Shown: piece by piece, positions 1 to 9,904 of the stretch
Layout: each line of letters opens with the position of its first letter
How positions within the stretch are numbered: the stretch's first letter is position 1
NCBI GenBank assembly: GCA_025927795.1
Contig: JAICKT010000001.1
Location: 1-39,635, forward strand
DNA: 39,635 bases
Reading direction: 5' to 3'
Source of the DNA: Parafilimonas sp.
Lineage (GTDB): Bacteria; Bacteroidota; Bacteroidia; Chitinophagales; Chitinophagaceae
The notes under the pieces: model-generated
What the model saw: only the letters and a program-made list of their open reading frames with translations
Database searches by the model: none
Told to the model about the DNA's origin: nothing
Made by a program: the position numbers and the translations under genes

Positions 1-1082
1 GTTACGCCGCCTGCATTTAAATACATATCCGGAATTACCAGTATTCCTTTTTTTATAAACACTTCATCTGCTTCAGGACTTAATGGTCCGTTCGCAGCTT
101 CGCCAATTATTTTTGCTTTTATACGATCGGCGTTACTTGCATTAATAACATTTTCAAGTGCTGCAGGAATTAAAATATCGCATTCAAGTTCCAAAGCATC
201 AACGCTGTTTTCTATATTCTTCGCACCGGGAAAATTTAAGATTGATTTATTCTGTTTTCTATGCTGAAAAACTTCTTCTTCATTCAACCCATTTTCATTA
301 AATATTGCGCCCTCAAATTCTGCAATGGCAATTACTTTAGCGCCATGTTCTCTGAAAAATTTTGCGGTATGATAGCCTACATTTCCCAAACCCTGTACTA
401 TAACACGTTTATCTTTTACACCTGTTGGTAATCCAATTTTCTGCATTACATCAGGCGTATTGCATACTTCGCGAACGCCATAAAAAACGCCTAAGCCTGT
501 AGCTTCTTTTCTGCCTCTTACACCACCTTGTGTAACGGGTTTCCCGGTAACACATCCCATTGCATCTACTTCGCCCGGATGCATGGCTGTATATGTATCA
601 AGTATCCACGCCATTTCTCTTTCACCTGTTCCATAATCGGGGGCAGGTACATCTGTTCCCGGGCCGATATAATTTTTCTTTACTAATTCAGATGTATAAC
701 GACGTGTAATTTTTTGTAACTCAAATGTGCTGTAATTGCGGGGATTTATTTTGATGCCGCCTTTTGCACCGCCAAACGGAACATTTACAATGGCACATTT
801 ATACGTCATCAACGCCGCTAATGCCATTACTTCATCCTGGTTTACTTCTTCACTAAAACGAATGCCGCCTTTACAAGGTGTTTTATGATGTGAGTGTTGC
901 GCACGATATGCTTCAATTACTTCAATTGTTCCATCATCTCTGCGTATTGGAAACTTCATTTTATAAACTGCGTTGCAAGCTTTTATCTGTTCAAGAATTC
1001 CATTCTCCCATTTTGTAAATTTTGATGCCTTGTCAAAACTTTTGGTTACACTTTCAAAAAAATTATACTGTTGGTCTGCCAT
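1..1082 (-). CDS. gdhA: Glu/Leu/Phe/Val dehydrogenase (glutamate dehydrogenase), 3' end outside window
   Basis: Hand translation from ATG at 1082: [11 protein letters not shown]...[15 protein letters not shown]...VPFGGAKGG...DVPAPD...QGLGNVG...EAANGP...NAGGVT. Absent from the ORF track because it has no stop in the window. Confidence 0.93.
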   Translation of the reverse strand, partial: MADQQYNFFESVTKSFDKASKFTKWENGILEQIKACNAVYKMKFPIRRDDGTIEVIEAYRAQHSHHKTPCKGGIRFSEEVNQDEVMALAALMTYKCAIVNVPFGGAKGGIKINPRNYSTFELQKITRRYTSELVKKNYIGPGTDVPAPDYGTGEREMAWILDTYTAMHPGEVDAMGCVTGKPVTQGGVRGRKEATGLGVFYGVREVCNTPDVMQKIGLPTGVKDKRVIVQGLGNVGYHTAKFFREHGAKVIAIAEFEGAIFNENGLNEEEVFQHRKQNKSILNFPGAKNIENSVDALELECDILIPAALENVINASNADRIKAKIIGEAANGPLSPEADEVFIKKGILVIPDMYLNAGGV

Positions 1083-1141
1083 CGTTAGATATTTATTAGT
1101 TATAAATTATGATGTGTTTTTTTTCTTGTGAGGTGAGAAGT

Positions 1142-1149
1142 CAAAAATA
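1142..1149 (-). promoter_or_regulatory. Bacteroidetes -7 element (TATTTTTG) upstream of gdhA
   Basis: Matches TAnnTTTG on the minus strand, ~60 nt upstream of the ATG. Confidence 0.5.
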
Positions 1150-1231
1150 AAATTCACTAACATTTGCTCCTCACGTTTTAAGTTTTACTTCTTTACTAAT
1201 GAACGTTCGTTGTTTTTATTTTGAAAAAAAA

Positions 1232-1468
1232 TTACTCTTTATCTGTTTCGCCTTTTTCTATTTTGCTTATTTTTCTGTCAAGATTTATAAGATAGATAAA
1301 TAAGCCAATTACGATTACTACTACAACTGACATCACTACAAAAATTTTCCCGTTGCTGTTCATAAAATCTGTTGGCTCTTCTTTTGAATAATTCATTTGT
1401 TGTGCATAACTGCATGCAATTATTAAACTAAACAAAATAAGAAGTAATGATTTTTTTTGATTAAGCAC
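1232..1468 (-). CDS. ccmD: CcmD family heme exporter protein D (Bacteroidetes type)
   Basis: 78 aa, overlaps the ccmC stop; motif SNGKIFVV...TM...YLINLDRKISKIEK. Confidence 0.75.
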   Translation of the reverse strand: MLNQKKSLLLILFSLIIACSYAQQMNYSKEEPTDFMNSNGKIFVVMSVVVVIVIGLFIYLINLDRKISKIEKGETDKE

Positions 1469-2141
1469 GGCTAAGTATTTTTTCTTTATAATTCTGTAAT
1501 CTTATGCGTAAAGTTGCAATCCAAACACCCAATAAAATCCATCCTATAATTGCTGGTAAGAAAACACCTTCCATTTCCGGTGTTGTATCATTTGGATTTA
1601 AACCGGGATTACCCTGGCTGCCTTGTCCGCCCGGATGCAATGATTCTGTAAGTCTTGGTAATATCCAAATGGTTGGAAACAACATAGCAAACGCAAAAAT
1701 ATTATATACGGCACTTAATCTTGCACGTTTTGCTTCATCTGTTACAGAACCTCTTAAAACAAAATAAGCAAGATAAATTAGCAACGCAATGGCAGCTCCA
1801 TTTTGTTTAGGATCACCGCTCCAGGGTTTGCCCCATTGATAGTTTGCCCATATAGCGCCGGTTATTAAACCAAGTATTCCAAATACAAGACCTGTACGCG
1901 CAAATTCAAGTGAATAAGTATCGTAAACAGGTTTGGGATTTGCAAGAAATCTTATCGCATAAATTACTGATACAATAAATAGTGTTTGCATGCAAAACCA
2001 CATCGGCACATGAAAAAAAAGATTGCGAACTGTTTGCTGCATTCTGCCATCAAGAACCGGAATTTTTACAAGAAAGCCATACGTGCATGTGTATATCAAC
2101 AAAACAAAACTTAATATTTTCCACCACCAGTTTTTAAGCAT
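1461..2141 (-). CDS. ccmC: Cytochrome c biogenesis heme exporter protein C (CcmC/CcsA family)
   Basis: FFHVP, WWD-like GAIWANYQWGKPWSGDPK and SLHP motifs; multiple TM helices. Confidence 0.9.
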   Translation of the reverse strand: MLKNWWWKILSFVLLIYTCTYGFLVKIPVLDGRMQQTVRNLFFHVPMWFCMQTLFIVSVIYAIRFLANPKPVYDTYSLEFARTGLVFGILGLITGAIWANYQWGKPWSGDPKQNGAAIALLIYLAYFVLRGSVTDEAKRARLSAVYNIFAFAMLFPTIWILPRLTESLHPGGQGSQGNPGLNPNDTTPEMEGVFLPAIIGWILLGVWIATLRIRLQNYKEKILSRA

Positions 2142-2185
2142 GCATGTATTTTAAAGATTGATGAAGGGCTCATCTTTCTGCGCCG

Positions 2186-2193
2186 CAAAATTA
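2186..2193 (-). promoter_or_regulatory. -7 element (TAATTTTG) for ccmCD
   Basis: TAnnTTTG match 44 nt upstream of the ccmC ATG. Confidence 0.55.
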
Positions 2194-2261
2194 GGGTAAA
2201 CGTTATCAAAAGATGACAATAAATATTAATAGTTTATTTAAAAATACTTTAGTTAAAGAAA

Positions 2262-2326
2262 TTCACGCAAAGAATTTAAGTAAGCAAAGGCGCGTAAAAC
2301 TTTTGAAACTTTGCATCTTATCGTGA
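2262..2326. repeat. Degenerate intergenic palindromic element (TTCACG/GCAAAG...CTTTGC/CGTGAA)
   Basis: Nested inverted repeats directly after the ccmB stop, with GCAAAG present twice. Confidence 0.4.
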
Positions 2327-2329
2327 AAC

Positions 2330-2992
2330 TCAATCTCTCCACAAAAAAGGAAACAAAATAATTGAAAGCAGTATTATTAAAATATCAAAACAAAATAATA
2401 ATAAAACCATTTGCCACCAGCCGGTTTGTATCGCATCACTAAACGCTTTGTTTGAAATTTTTCCTAACAATAATAGCTGCGGTACAATAACAGGAAAACC
2501 CATTATCGCCATCAATGCTGCCTGTTGTTGTGCCTTTGCTGCAATCGCTGCAAGAAATGTAAATACAAAACTTAATCCAACAGAACCTAAAAAACCAATC
2601 AATAAAAATTGAAAGAAATGTACAAGCGGGTTACCAAGCAATAAAACAAAAATCAGTAAAGTAAGCAAGCTCATCAATAACATTAAAACTGCATTGAAAA
2701 TAAGTTTGGCAAGTATGTAATTTAAAGCGCCGGAAATTGTATAGTAGTATAACATTCTGCCTTTGCTATCCTGCAAAAAACTTTTTGCAACTGCATTAAC
2801 AGCTACAAATAATTGTACTATCCAAAACAACGCATTCCATATTTCGTTTTCAGGTTGCCCGGTTGAAAGATAAATTATAAAAACGGTTGAGGCAACATAC
2901 AACAACACGCCATAAAATGTGTATTGCTGGCGTGTTTCAAGTAAAATATCTTTCTTAACCAGTGTAATTATTTGTTTTGATGAATAACTCAT
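2330..2992 (-). CDS. ccmB: Heme exporter protein B
   Basis: Hydrophobic ~220 aa protein, KDILLE-R N-terminus, FPVIVPQLL, FPFLWRD end, next to ccmC. Start moved to ATG 2992 because a -7 element (TATATTTG, 3001-3008) lies inside the longer ORF. Confidence 0.88.
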   Translation of the reverse strand: MSYSSKQIITLVKKDILLETRQQYTFYGVLLYVASTVFIIYLSTGQPENEIWNALFWIVQLFVAVNAVAKSFLQDSKGRMLYYYTISGALNYILAKLIFNAVLMLLMSLLTLLIFVLLLGNPLVHFFQFLLIGFLGSVGLSFVFTFLAAIAAKAQQQAALMAIMGFPVIVPQLLLLGKISNKAFSDAIQTGWWQMVLLLFCFDILIILLSIILFPFLWRD

Positions 2993-3070
2993 TGCCTGCA
3001 CAAATATATCCCGCAAATTTTTTATCAATCGTTATGCAATACAACTTTACACAGTAAGATTTTTTGCGCT

Positions 3071-3078
3071 TATATTTG
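3071..3078 (+). promoter_or_regulatory. -7 element (TATATTTG) for the pdhA operon, divergent from the ccmB promoter
   Basis: Perfect TAnnTTTG 18 nt before GTG 3097. Confidence 0.6.
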
Positions 3079-3096
3079 CGACTCAAAATTTTTGTA

Positions 3097-4092
3097 GTGC
3101 CTGTAAAATTTACAAAAGAAACTTACTTATACTGGTATGAACTTATGCAACTCATTCGCCAGTTTGAGCTTAAGGCAGAAGAGATGTATAAAATGGCCGG
3201 AAAAATTCGCGGTTTCTTTCATGCGTATGTTGGTCAGGAAGCAATTGCAGCGGGATGTATGACGGCGACAAGACAGGAAGATATTTTTATAACTGCTTAT
3301 CGCGATCATGGGCTTGCACTTGCAAAAGGTGCCAGTGCAAATGCATGTATGGCTGAGTTATATGGCAAAGCAACCGGACTTGCAAAAGGTAAAGGCGGCA
3401 GTATGCACTTCTTTAGTAAAGAACATTTTTTTTATGGTGGTCATGGAATTGTTGGTGGGCAAATTGGAGTAGGTGCGGGTATTGCTTTTGCTGAAGATTA
3501 TAAAGGCACAGATAATGTGGTGCTTTGTTTTTTTGGTGATGGTGCGGCAAGGCAAGGTGTGCTTCACGAAACATTCAACATGGCTATGTTGTGGAAGTTG
3601 CCTGTAATTTTTATTTGTGAAAATAATAATTATGCAATGGGTACTTCAGTAGAAAGAACATCTAATGTGGTTGATATTTATAAACTGGCTGATGCTTATG
3701 AAATGCCTGGTGATAAAGTGGATGGAATGAGTGCAGAAGCTGTGCATGATTCTATTACACGTGCAGTAAAACGTGCAAGAGAAAAAGGCGGACCTACATT
3801 ACTTGAAATGAAAACCTATCGTTATAAAGGGCATTCAATTTCAGACCCGGGAAAATACCGTTCAAAAGAAGAACTGGAAGAATACAGAGGCAAAGACCCA
3901 ATCACATTAGTTTTAAAAACGATAAAGACAAATAATTTTGCAAGCGACGAAGAAATAAAAGCGATTGATGATCGTATTGCAAATATTGTTGAAGAAGCCG
4001 TAAAGTTTGCAGAAGAAAGCCCGTTGCCGGATGATGCTGAAGTAATAAAAGATGTATATGCTGATAAAAATTATCCTTTTATTGTTGACTAA
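3097..4092 (+). CDS. pdhA: Pyruvate dehydrogenase E1 alpha subunit
   Basis: IRGFFH-Y-GQEA, YRDHG, GKGGSMH, TPP motif GDGA...ENN, TYRYKGHS. Likely start GTG 3097. Confidence 0.95.
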   Translation: MPVKFTKETYLYWYELMQLIRQFELKAEEMYKMAGKIRGFFHAYVGQEAIAAGCMTATRQEDIFITAYRDHGLALAKGASANACMAELYGKATGLAKGKGGSMHFFSKEHFFYGGHGIVGGQIGVGAGIAFAEDYKGTDNVVLCFFGDGAARQGVLHETFNMAMLWKLPVIFICENNNYAMGTSVERTSNVVDIYKLADAYEMPGDKVDGMSAEAVHDSITRAVKRAREKGGPTLLEMKTYRYKGHSISDPGKYRSKEELEEYRGKDPITLVLKTIKTNNFASDEEIKAIDDRIANIVEEAVKFAEESPLPDDAEVIKDVYADKNYPFIVD

Positions 4093-4128
4093 TAATTTTT
4101 AATATCAATTTAAATTTTCAATTTATTT

Positions 4129-4821
4129 ATGGCTGAAACAAAAAAGCACCAGGCAAGTGGTGACGATATAATTTTAAGAGCAAAGGGCTTCTGGACAAAA
4201 AATCAAAAGCCGATTTCAATTGTTCTGGTTGTTATTGTAGTTTTAGTTGGTGGCTGGTATGTTTATAATAATTATGTAGTTGCTCCAAAAGAACAGGAAG
4301 CTGAAAAAACGATGTTTAAAGCAGAAGAATATTTTCGCCAGGATTCTTTAAAACTTGCTTTAAATGGCGATCAATTCAATCGCGGTTTTGTTTACGTGAT
4401 TAATAATTATGGTTCTACAAAAGCCGGCAATCTTGCAAAATATTATGCAGGTGTTTGCTATTTAAGAACGAGCGATTTTAATAAGGCAGTTCAGTATTTA
4501 AAAGATTTCAGCACCAATGCAAAACAAATTCAAATGATGGCTTATGGCGCTTTAGGCGATGCATACAGTGAGCTGAATAAAAATGATGATGCAATAAATT
4601 ATTATAAAAAAGCAGCTAATGAATTTACTGATGATGTAACCATGAGCAGTGAGTATTTATTTCGTGCTGCATTAAAGCTTGAAACGCTCGGCAAGAATAG
4701 TGAAGCATTGCAATTATATAAAGAGTTGAAAGAAAAATATCCAAACACAGAAAGAGGTTATTCTGCTGATAAATATATTTATCGTTTAAGCATTATTCCA
4801 AATGATTTTAGCGTAAAATAA
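4129..4821 (+). CDS. Membrane-anchored tetratricopeptide repeat protein (YfgM-like)
   Basis: One N-terminal TM helix followed by TPR-like helices (AKYYAGVCYL, ALGDAYSE, YLFRAAL). Confidence 0.75.
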   Translation: MAETKKHQASGDDIILRAKGFWTKNQKPISIVLVVIVVLVGGWYVYNNYVVAPKEQEAEKTMFKAEEYFRQDSLKLALNGDQFNRGFVYVINNYGSTKAGNLAKYYAGVCYLRTSDFNKAVQYLKDFSTNAKQIQMMAYGALGDAYSELNKNDDAINYYKKAANEFTDDVTMSSEYLFRAALKLETLGKNSEALQLYKELKEKYPNTERGYSADKYIYRLSIIPNDFSVK

Positions 4822-5304
4822 ATGGCTACAAAAGGAAATAACGCATTACACAAAGGCATCCCAAAACTAAAGGATGCCTTTGTTCTTATTGTAAAAACAG
4901 AATGGAATAAAAACATCGTTGATAAGCTTGAGTCCGGTGCAATAAATATTTTCAAACAAAATAATATTGGTTCTAAAACTTTGATTGTGCCCGGCGCTTT
5001 TGAAATTTCTTTTGCGATAAAATCTTATGCAGAAAGCAATCAAAAAAAAGCAGATGCATTTATCGCATTCGGCACGATTATAAAAGGCGATACACCGCAT
5101 TTCGATTATGTGTGTAAAGCTGTAACCGATGGCGTTTTATCTTTAAATATGTTACTTGATGTACCTGTAATTTTTGGTGTGTTGACAGTGAACGATGAAC
5201 AACAGGCTTTGGATAGAGTAGGAGGTAAGCAAGGCAACAAAGGTGAAGAAGCTGCCATCACTGCTATTAAGATGATTGCATTAAATAAAAAATTAAAGAA
5301 ATAA
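4822..5304 (+). CDS. ribH: 6,7-dimethyl-8-ribityllumazine synthase
   Basis: VPGAFEI, G-IIKGDTPHFDYV, PVIFGVLT, NKGEEAA. Confidence 0.95.
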   Translation: MATKGNNALHKGIPKLKDAFVLIVKTEWNKNIVDKLESGAINIFKQNNIGSKTLIVPGAFEISFAIKSYAESNQKKADAFIAFGTIIKGDTPHFDYVCKAVTDGVLSLNMLLDVPVIFGVLTVNDEQQALDRVGGKQGNKGEEAAITAIKMIALNKKLKK

Positions 5305-5328
5305 ATTCCCCTTTAGGGGATATGGGGC

Positions 5329-6045
5329 ATGAACGTTCAAATTTTTATACCATGTTTTGTTGATCAGCTTTATCCAACGGTTGCCTTTAATATGGTAAAG
5401 GTTTTGGAGAAAGCAGGTTGCAGTGTTACATACAATACCAATCAAACATGTTGCGGACAGCCGGCTTTTAATGCAGGTTTTTGGGGCGAAGCAAAAGACA
5501 TTTGTCAAAAATTTTTAAAAGATTTTAATGGCGATGAATACATAGTTGCGCCCAGCGCAAGCTGTGTGGGTTTTGTAAGAAATTATTATGAAAGGCTGTT
5601 TGAGAATTCTATACATCAAACGGAAATAAAAAAAATAAGAACACGCATTTTTGAGTTGAGTGATTTTTTGGTAAACGTTTTAAACTTTACAAATTTTAAT
5701 GCAAGTCTGAATGCAGTTGCTACATATCATGATAGCTGCGCTGCTTTGCGCGAATGCAATCTTAAAAAAGAACCGCGCATACTTTTAAATAATGTTGAAG
5801 GTTTACAATTAATTGAAATGAACGATGTGGAAACCTGTTGTGGTTTCGGCGGAACTTTTGCCGTAAAGTTTGAACCGATAAGCATTGCCATGGGCGATCA
5901 AAAAGTTACCAATGCACAAGAAACAAAAGCAGAATATATCATCAGTACAGATATGAGTTGTTTAATGCACATTGATGGTGTTATAAAGAATAAACAATCC
6001 TCTTTAAAAGTTTTACATCTTGCAGACGTGCTGGCTAATTTTTAA
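5329..6045 (+). CDS. CCG-domain Fe-S binding protein (LutA/YkgE family)
   Basis: FIPCFVD, QTCCGQP, SASC, YHDSC, CCGFGGTF, DMSCLMH. Confidence 0.85.
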   Translation: MNVQIFIPCFVDQLYPTVAFNMVKVLEKAGCSVTYNTNQTCCGQPAFNAGFWGEAKDICQKFLKDFNGDEYIVAPSASCVGFVRNYYERLFENSIHQTEIKKIRTRIFELSDFLVNVLNFTNFNASLNAVATYHDSCAALRECNLKKEPRILLNNVEGLQLIEMNDVETCCGFGGTFAVKFEPISIAMGDQKVTNAQETKAEYIISTDMSCLMHIDGVIKNKQSSLKVLHLADVLANF

Positions 6046-6054
6046 TTTTGTTGT

Positions 6055-7080
6055 GTGAAATATCAGCCCGGCGACGATATATTAATACTGCACACAAAAG
6101 AAGAAGGAAAAGTTGTAGAAATTCTCAACAAAAATATGTTGCTTGTTGAAGTGCGTGGTGTTCGGTTTCCTGTTTACATAGATCAAATTGATTTTCCTTA
6201 TTTCAATCGTTTCACAAATAAAAAAGAATCGGCTCCAAAAAAAACATCTAAAAAATATATTGATGATGTGCCAAAAGAAAAATCTTCAATAGCGTCAATA
6301 AAAAAGGATGAAGGTGTTTGGCTTTCTTTAATTCCAAAATTTACATTGGACGATTTTAATGAGGAAGTTGTTGAACTGTTTAAACTATATCTTATAAATA
6401 ATACTTCGGTTGGTTATAAATTTCAATATCAACAATTATTTTTTGGTGATGAAGATTTTGAATTGAAAGGAGAAATATTATCAAACAGGGATTTTTATTT
6501 GCACGATATTCCGTTCAGCGATTTTAATGATAATCCTTCATTCAATTTTGATTTCAGTTTAATAACAACTGATAAAACCAAAGCAGATCATTATGAAGCA
6601 TCCATCAAACTAAAACCAAAGCAATTGTTTCAGCGTATTGAAACAATGAAACAAAAAAATGAACCTACAATTGTTTTTAAACTATTTGATCAATACCCGC
6701 AAAAACAAGCTGAGGAAAAAGTTGAAGTGCCTGAAATAATTCATAAAAAATATAAAGCTTATGAAGCTGGAAAAATTCGTGAGCATTTAGAACCTGCAAG
6801 AACAGTTATTGATTTGCATATTGAAAAGTTATCGGATGATTGGCAACGCTTGAGCAATTTTGAAATTTTCACAATACAATTAAAGGAATTTGAAAAATGG
6901 TATGATCTTGCAGTAGCGCATCATCAGCCAAACTTAATTGTAATACATGGCGTTGGTACAGGCAAGTTGCGTGATGAAATTCATGATATTCTTAAAACAA
7001 AAAAAGAAGTAAGAACATTCGTTAATCAATATCATCCAAACTTTGGATACGGCGCCACCGAAATTTATTTTAATAGTTAA
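6055..7080 (+). CDS. Smr-domain protein (DUF2027-like N-terminus)
   Basis: C-terminal IDLH...VIHGVGTGKLR...YGATEI Smr motif; N-terminal KOW-like segment. Confidence 0.85.
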   Translation: MKYQPGDDILILHTKEEGKVVEILNKNMLLVEVRGVRFPVYIDQIDFPYFNRFTNKKESAPKKTSKKYIDDVPKEKSSIASIKKDEGVWLSLIPKFTLDDFNEEVVELFKLYLINNTSVGYKFQYQQLFFGDEDFELKGEILSNRDFYLHDIPFSDFNDNPSFNFDFSLITTDKTKADHYEASIKLKPKQLFQRIETMKQKNEPTIVFKLFDQYPQKQAEEKVEVPEIIHKKYKAYEAGKIREHLEPARTVIDLHIEKLSDDWQRLSNFEIFTIQLKEFEKWYDLAVAHHQPNLIVIHGVGTGKLRDEIHDILKTKKEVRTFVNQYHPNFGYGATEIYFNS

Positions 7081-7120
7081 CAGTACATATTTATTAAGGT
7101 TACACATCTCAATATTTTTT

Positions 7121-9094
7121 TTAATGCGTATTGCTGATTCTTTCTAATTCAACTTTTTCAAGCGGGCTGAAAATAAAAGGTATTTCCTCTGTTACTACAT
7201 CGCTTTTATCAAGACCGAATGCTCTTTCATCACTTAGCCCTAAATTTTTCAAAAAGAAATAAGCATTCAAGAGTATTCCTTTCTTTAATGAAAAATCATT
7301 TTCCACTGAAAGAAATTTTTCAATCACCACAAATTTAAAATCTGGTTCAGGATTATACTTGGTACTTCCATCTGCACGAATATGTAAATTCAATTCTTTT
7401 TTTGTTACCAGTTCCCGCACGATTTTCCTAAAATATATTTCTGTTTTGGGTTGAATACGAAAACCAATATTGATATTTATTTTTATCACTTTATCGTCTA
7501 TCAATTCTGATACATCGTAGCTCATTGTAAAGGGGTCTTCGGTGCGGTTGAGATGCACAAACCAATATACATCCGCTCGCTTTGGTTTTTTAGAAAAAAT
7601 AGATTTTATAATTTTTTCTTCAATCTGTACACGGCTGTTTGCTTTTGTAAGATAGATAAGATGCGTGCAAAATTTTGGAATGCTGTCGTCCTCACTTAGC
7701 TCAATCATCTGCGGCGTGTATTTTCCAATATCAACAAATTTTGAAAAGCTGTTGCTTACTTTTCTGCCATAATACCAAACATACATCGTGAGAAAAATGG
7801 AGAGTTCAAAAAATAAAAACATCCATCGCTGTTTTATTTTAGCTACGTTGGCAACAAAGAATGATGATTCTATAATGGCGAATAAACCAATAACAAGCGT
7901 AACATAAATTTGTTTCCACTTCAATCGAAATTTTAAATAGAAATTAAGCAGCACTGTTGTCATCATCATCGCAATTGTAATTGAAAAGCCATACGCTGCC
8001 TGCATTGCAGCAGAAGTTTTAAAATATATCACCATTAAAATACATCCAAACCAAAGAACAATATTTATGCTTGGTATATAAATCTGTCCTTTAATGTCTG
8101 AAGGCTGTCTTACTGTAACGCGTGGCCAAAAATTCAGGTTCATTGCTTCACTTACCAATGTAAACGAACCGCTGATTAATGCTTGTGATGCAATAATAGT
8201 TGCTGCTGTTGCGATGATGATACTTGGAATAAGAAACCATTCGGGCATCATTTCAAAAAACGGATTTAATCCGTGAAGCGTGGAAGATTTTAAATTCAAT
8301 ATCCATGCAGCTTGCCCGATATAATTTATTACGAGACTTATTTTTACAAATATCCACGTGATGCGAATGTTTTTGATACCGCAATGCCCAAGGTCGCTGT
8401 ATAAAGCTTCAGCGCCTGTGGTAGCAAGAAATACAGCGCCGAGCAACCAAAATCCTTTCGGATAATCGGTTAATAATTTGTAACCGTAATACGGATTTAG
8501 TGCTTTTAACATTGCAGGGAAATGAATTATTTCTGCTACACCAACAATAAGCAACATCATAAACCAAACCGTCATTACAGGGCCAAAAGTTTTTCCAATA
8601 TTTTGTGTGCCGAATCGTTGAAAAAAAAATAGCGCGGAAAGAATTCCTATTACAATACCAACTGTAATAAGATTACCGGGTACAAAAATTTTTTCAAAAC
8701 TGTTTACTGTGCCAAGCCCTTCTATTGCTGAAGCCACTGAAATTGGCGGGGTGATAATGCCGTCAGCGAGTAATGTTGTAGCGCCTAAAATTGTAATGAT
8801 GGCTAAATTTTTATTGTATCGTTTTACCAATGCAAATAAAGAAAACACGCCGCCTTCACCATGGTTGTCTGCTTTTAAAGTAAGCCAAATATATTTTAAT
8901 GTGGTTTGGAAAAATAAAGTCCAAAATATTAATGAAACGCCGCCAAAAACAAGTGTTTGAGTAATTTGTCTTTCGCCTACAATTGCAGATAAAACATACA
9001 GCGGGCTTGTGCCTATATCACCGTAAATAATACCAAGTGCTACTAACAATGATGCTGCTGTTATTTTGTTTAGGTTGCCTTTATTTGTTTGCAT
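7121..9094 (-). CDS. kup: KUP/HAK/KT family potassium transporter
   Basis: GIIYGDIGTSPLY, ADNHGEGG, TGAEALYSDLGH, IASQALISG, GQIYIP, AAYG. Confidence 0.95.
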   Translation of the reverse strand: MQTNKGNLNKITAASLLVALGIIYGDIGTSPLYVLSAIVGERQITQTLVFGGVSLIFWTLFFQTTLKYIWLTLKADNHGEGGVFSLFALVKRYNKNLAIITILGATTLLADGIITPPISVASAIEGLGTVNSFEKIFVPGNLITVGIVIGILSALFFFQRFGTQNIGKTFGPVMTVWFMMLLIVGVAEIIHFPAMLKALNPYYGYKLLTDYPKGFWLLGAVFLATTGAEALYSDLGHCGIKNIRITWIFVKISLVINYIGQAAWILNLKSSTLHGLNPFFEMMPEWFLIPSIIIATAATIIASQALISGSFTLVSEAMNLNFWPRVTVRQPSDIKGQIYIPSINIVLWFGCILMVIYFKTSAAMQAAYGFSITIAMMMTTVLLNFYLKFRLKWKQIYVTLVIGLFAIIESSFFVANVAKIKQRWMFLFFELSIFLTMYVWYYGRKVSNSFSKFVDIGKYTPQMIELSEDDSIPKFCTHLIYLTKANSRVQIEEKIIKSIFSKKPKRADVYWFVHLNRTEDPFTMSYDVSELIDDKVIKININIGFRIQPKTEIYFRKIVRELVTKKELNLHIRADGSTKYNPEPDFKFVVIEKFLSVENDFSLKKGILLNAYFFLKNLGLSDERAFGLDKSDVVTEEIPFIFSPLEKVELERISNTH

Positions 9095-9114
9095 TTATCA
9101 ATAAGTTTGATAAG

Positions 9115-9181
9115 CAAAGCAATAGCAAAAACTATAAGTGAATTATTAAACTAAATATGAGTGATATAAAATTTTTATAAA
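9115..9181 (-). promoter_or_regulatory. kup promoter with KdpE-like direct repeats
   Basis: Minus strand: TTTATA-AAAAT-TTTATA-N14-TTTAATA-ATTCA-CTTATA-N10-TTGCTTTG; same layout as 10997-11063. Confidence 0.7.
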
Positions 9182-9214
9182 GAAATATGAGTGAAATAAA
9201 TTCAATTTTGAAAA

Positions 9215-9904
9215 TTAGTCTTCTAAAATGAATCTGTAACCTATACCTGATTCTGTAATAATATATTTCGGACGGTTTGCATCGTCTTCAATTTTTTTTC
9301 TAAGCTGTGCAATAAATACACGCAAATACTGCGATTGATTAATGTAACCTGGTCCCCATACTTCGCGCAGCAGATATTGATGTGTCAAAACTTTTCCTTC
9401 ATTCTTAATAAGCAGCGCAAACAGGTTATACTCCGTCACAGTTAATTTTATAATATCATTATTTTTCTTTACTGCTCTTGCCGCCAAATCAATTTCTAAG
9501 TTTCCGCAGGTAATAACAGAATTGTTTTCTATATCTGTTTTACTGCGCAATGCAGAGCGTATGCGTGCAAGCAATTCGCCGGTACGAAATGGTTTAATTA
9601 AATAATCATTTGCGCCGTTATCCAAAGCTGTGATAATATCTTCTTCATTGCTTAAAACGGAAAGAATAATTATCGGGTTGGTGTACCATTCACGCAATTC
9701 TTTTAAAACAATATGCCCGTTTTTATCAGGCAACCCTAAATCAAGAATAATGAGTGCCGGCGGATGATTTGCAGCTTTTATCAGCCCTTCTTTTGCATTA
9801 GTTGCATGCGCTGTTGCATAGTCATTGCTTTGAAGGGTAATATCAAGCAACTTTTGAATTTGCGCTTCATCATCTATTATTAATATTTCAAGCAGACTAC
9901 TCAT
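9215..9904 (-). CDS. kdpE: OmpR-family response regulator, KdpE-like
   Basis: IIDDE, LDLGLPD, ALDNGANDY-KPF, LTHQYLLREVWG, YLRVFIAQLRKKIE, TESGIGYRF. Confidence 0.85.
   Translation of the reverse strand: MSSLLEILIIDDEAQIQKLLDITLQSNDYATAHATNAKEGLIKAANHPPALIILDLGLPDKNGHIVLKELREWYTNPIIILSVLSNEEDIITALDNGANDYLIKPFRTGELLARIRSALRSKTDIENNSVITCGNLEIDLAARAVKKNNDIIKLTVTEYNLFALLIKNEGKVLTHQYLLREVWGPGYINQSQYLRVFIAQLRKKIEDDANRPKYIITESGIGYRFILED

Noticed and set aside
1128-1195. GTGAGG/CCTCAC inverted repeat and weak 7-bp periodicity upstream of gdhA
   Set aside because: Too short and degenerate to distinguish from chance
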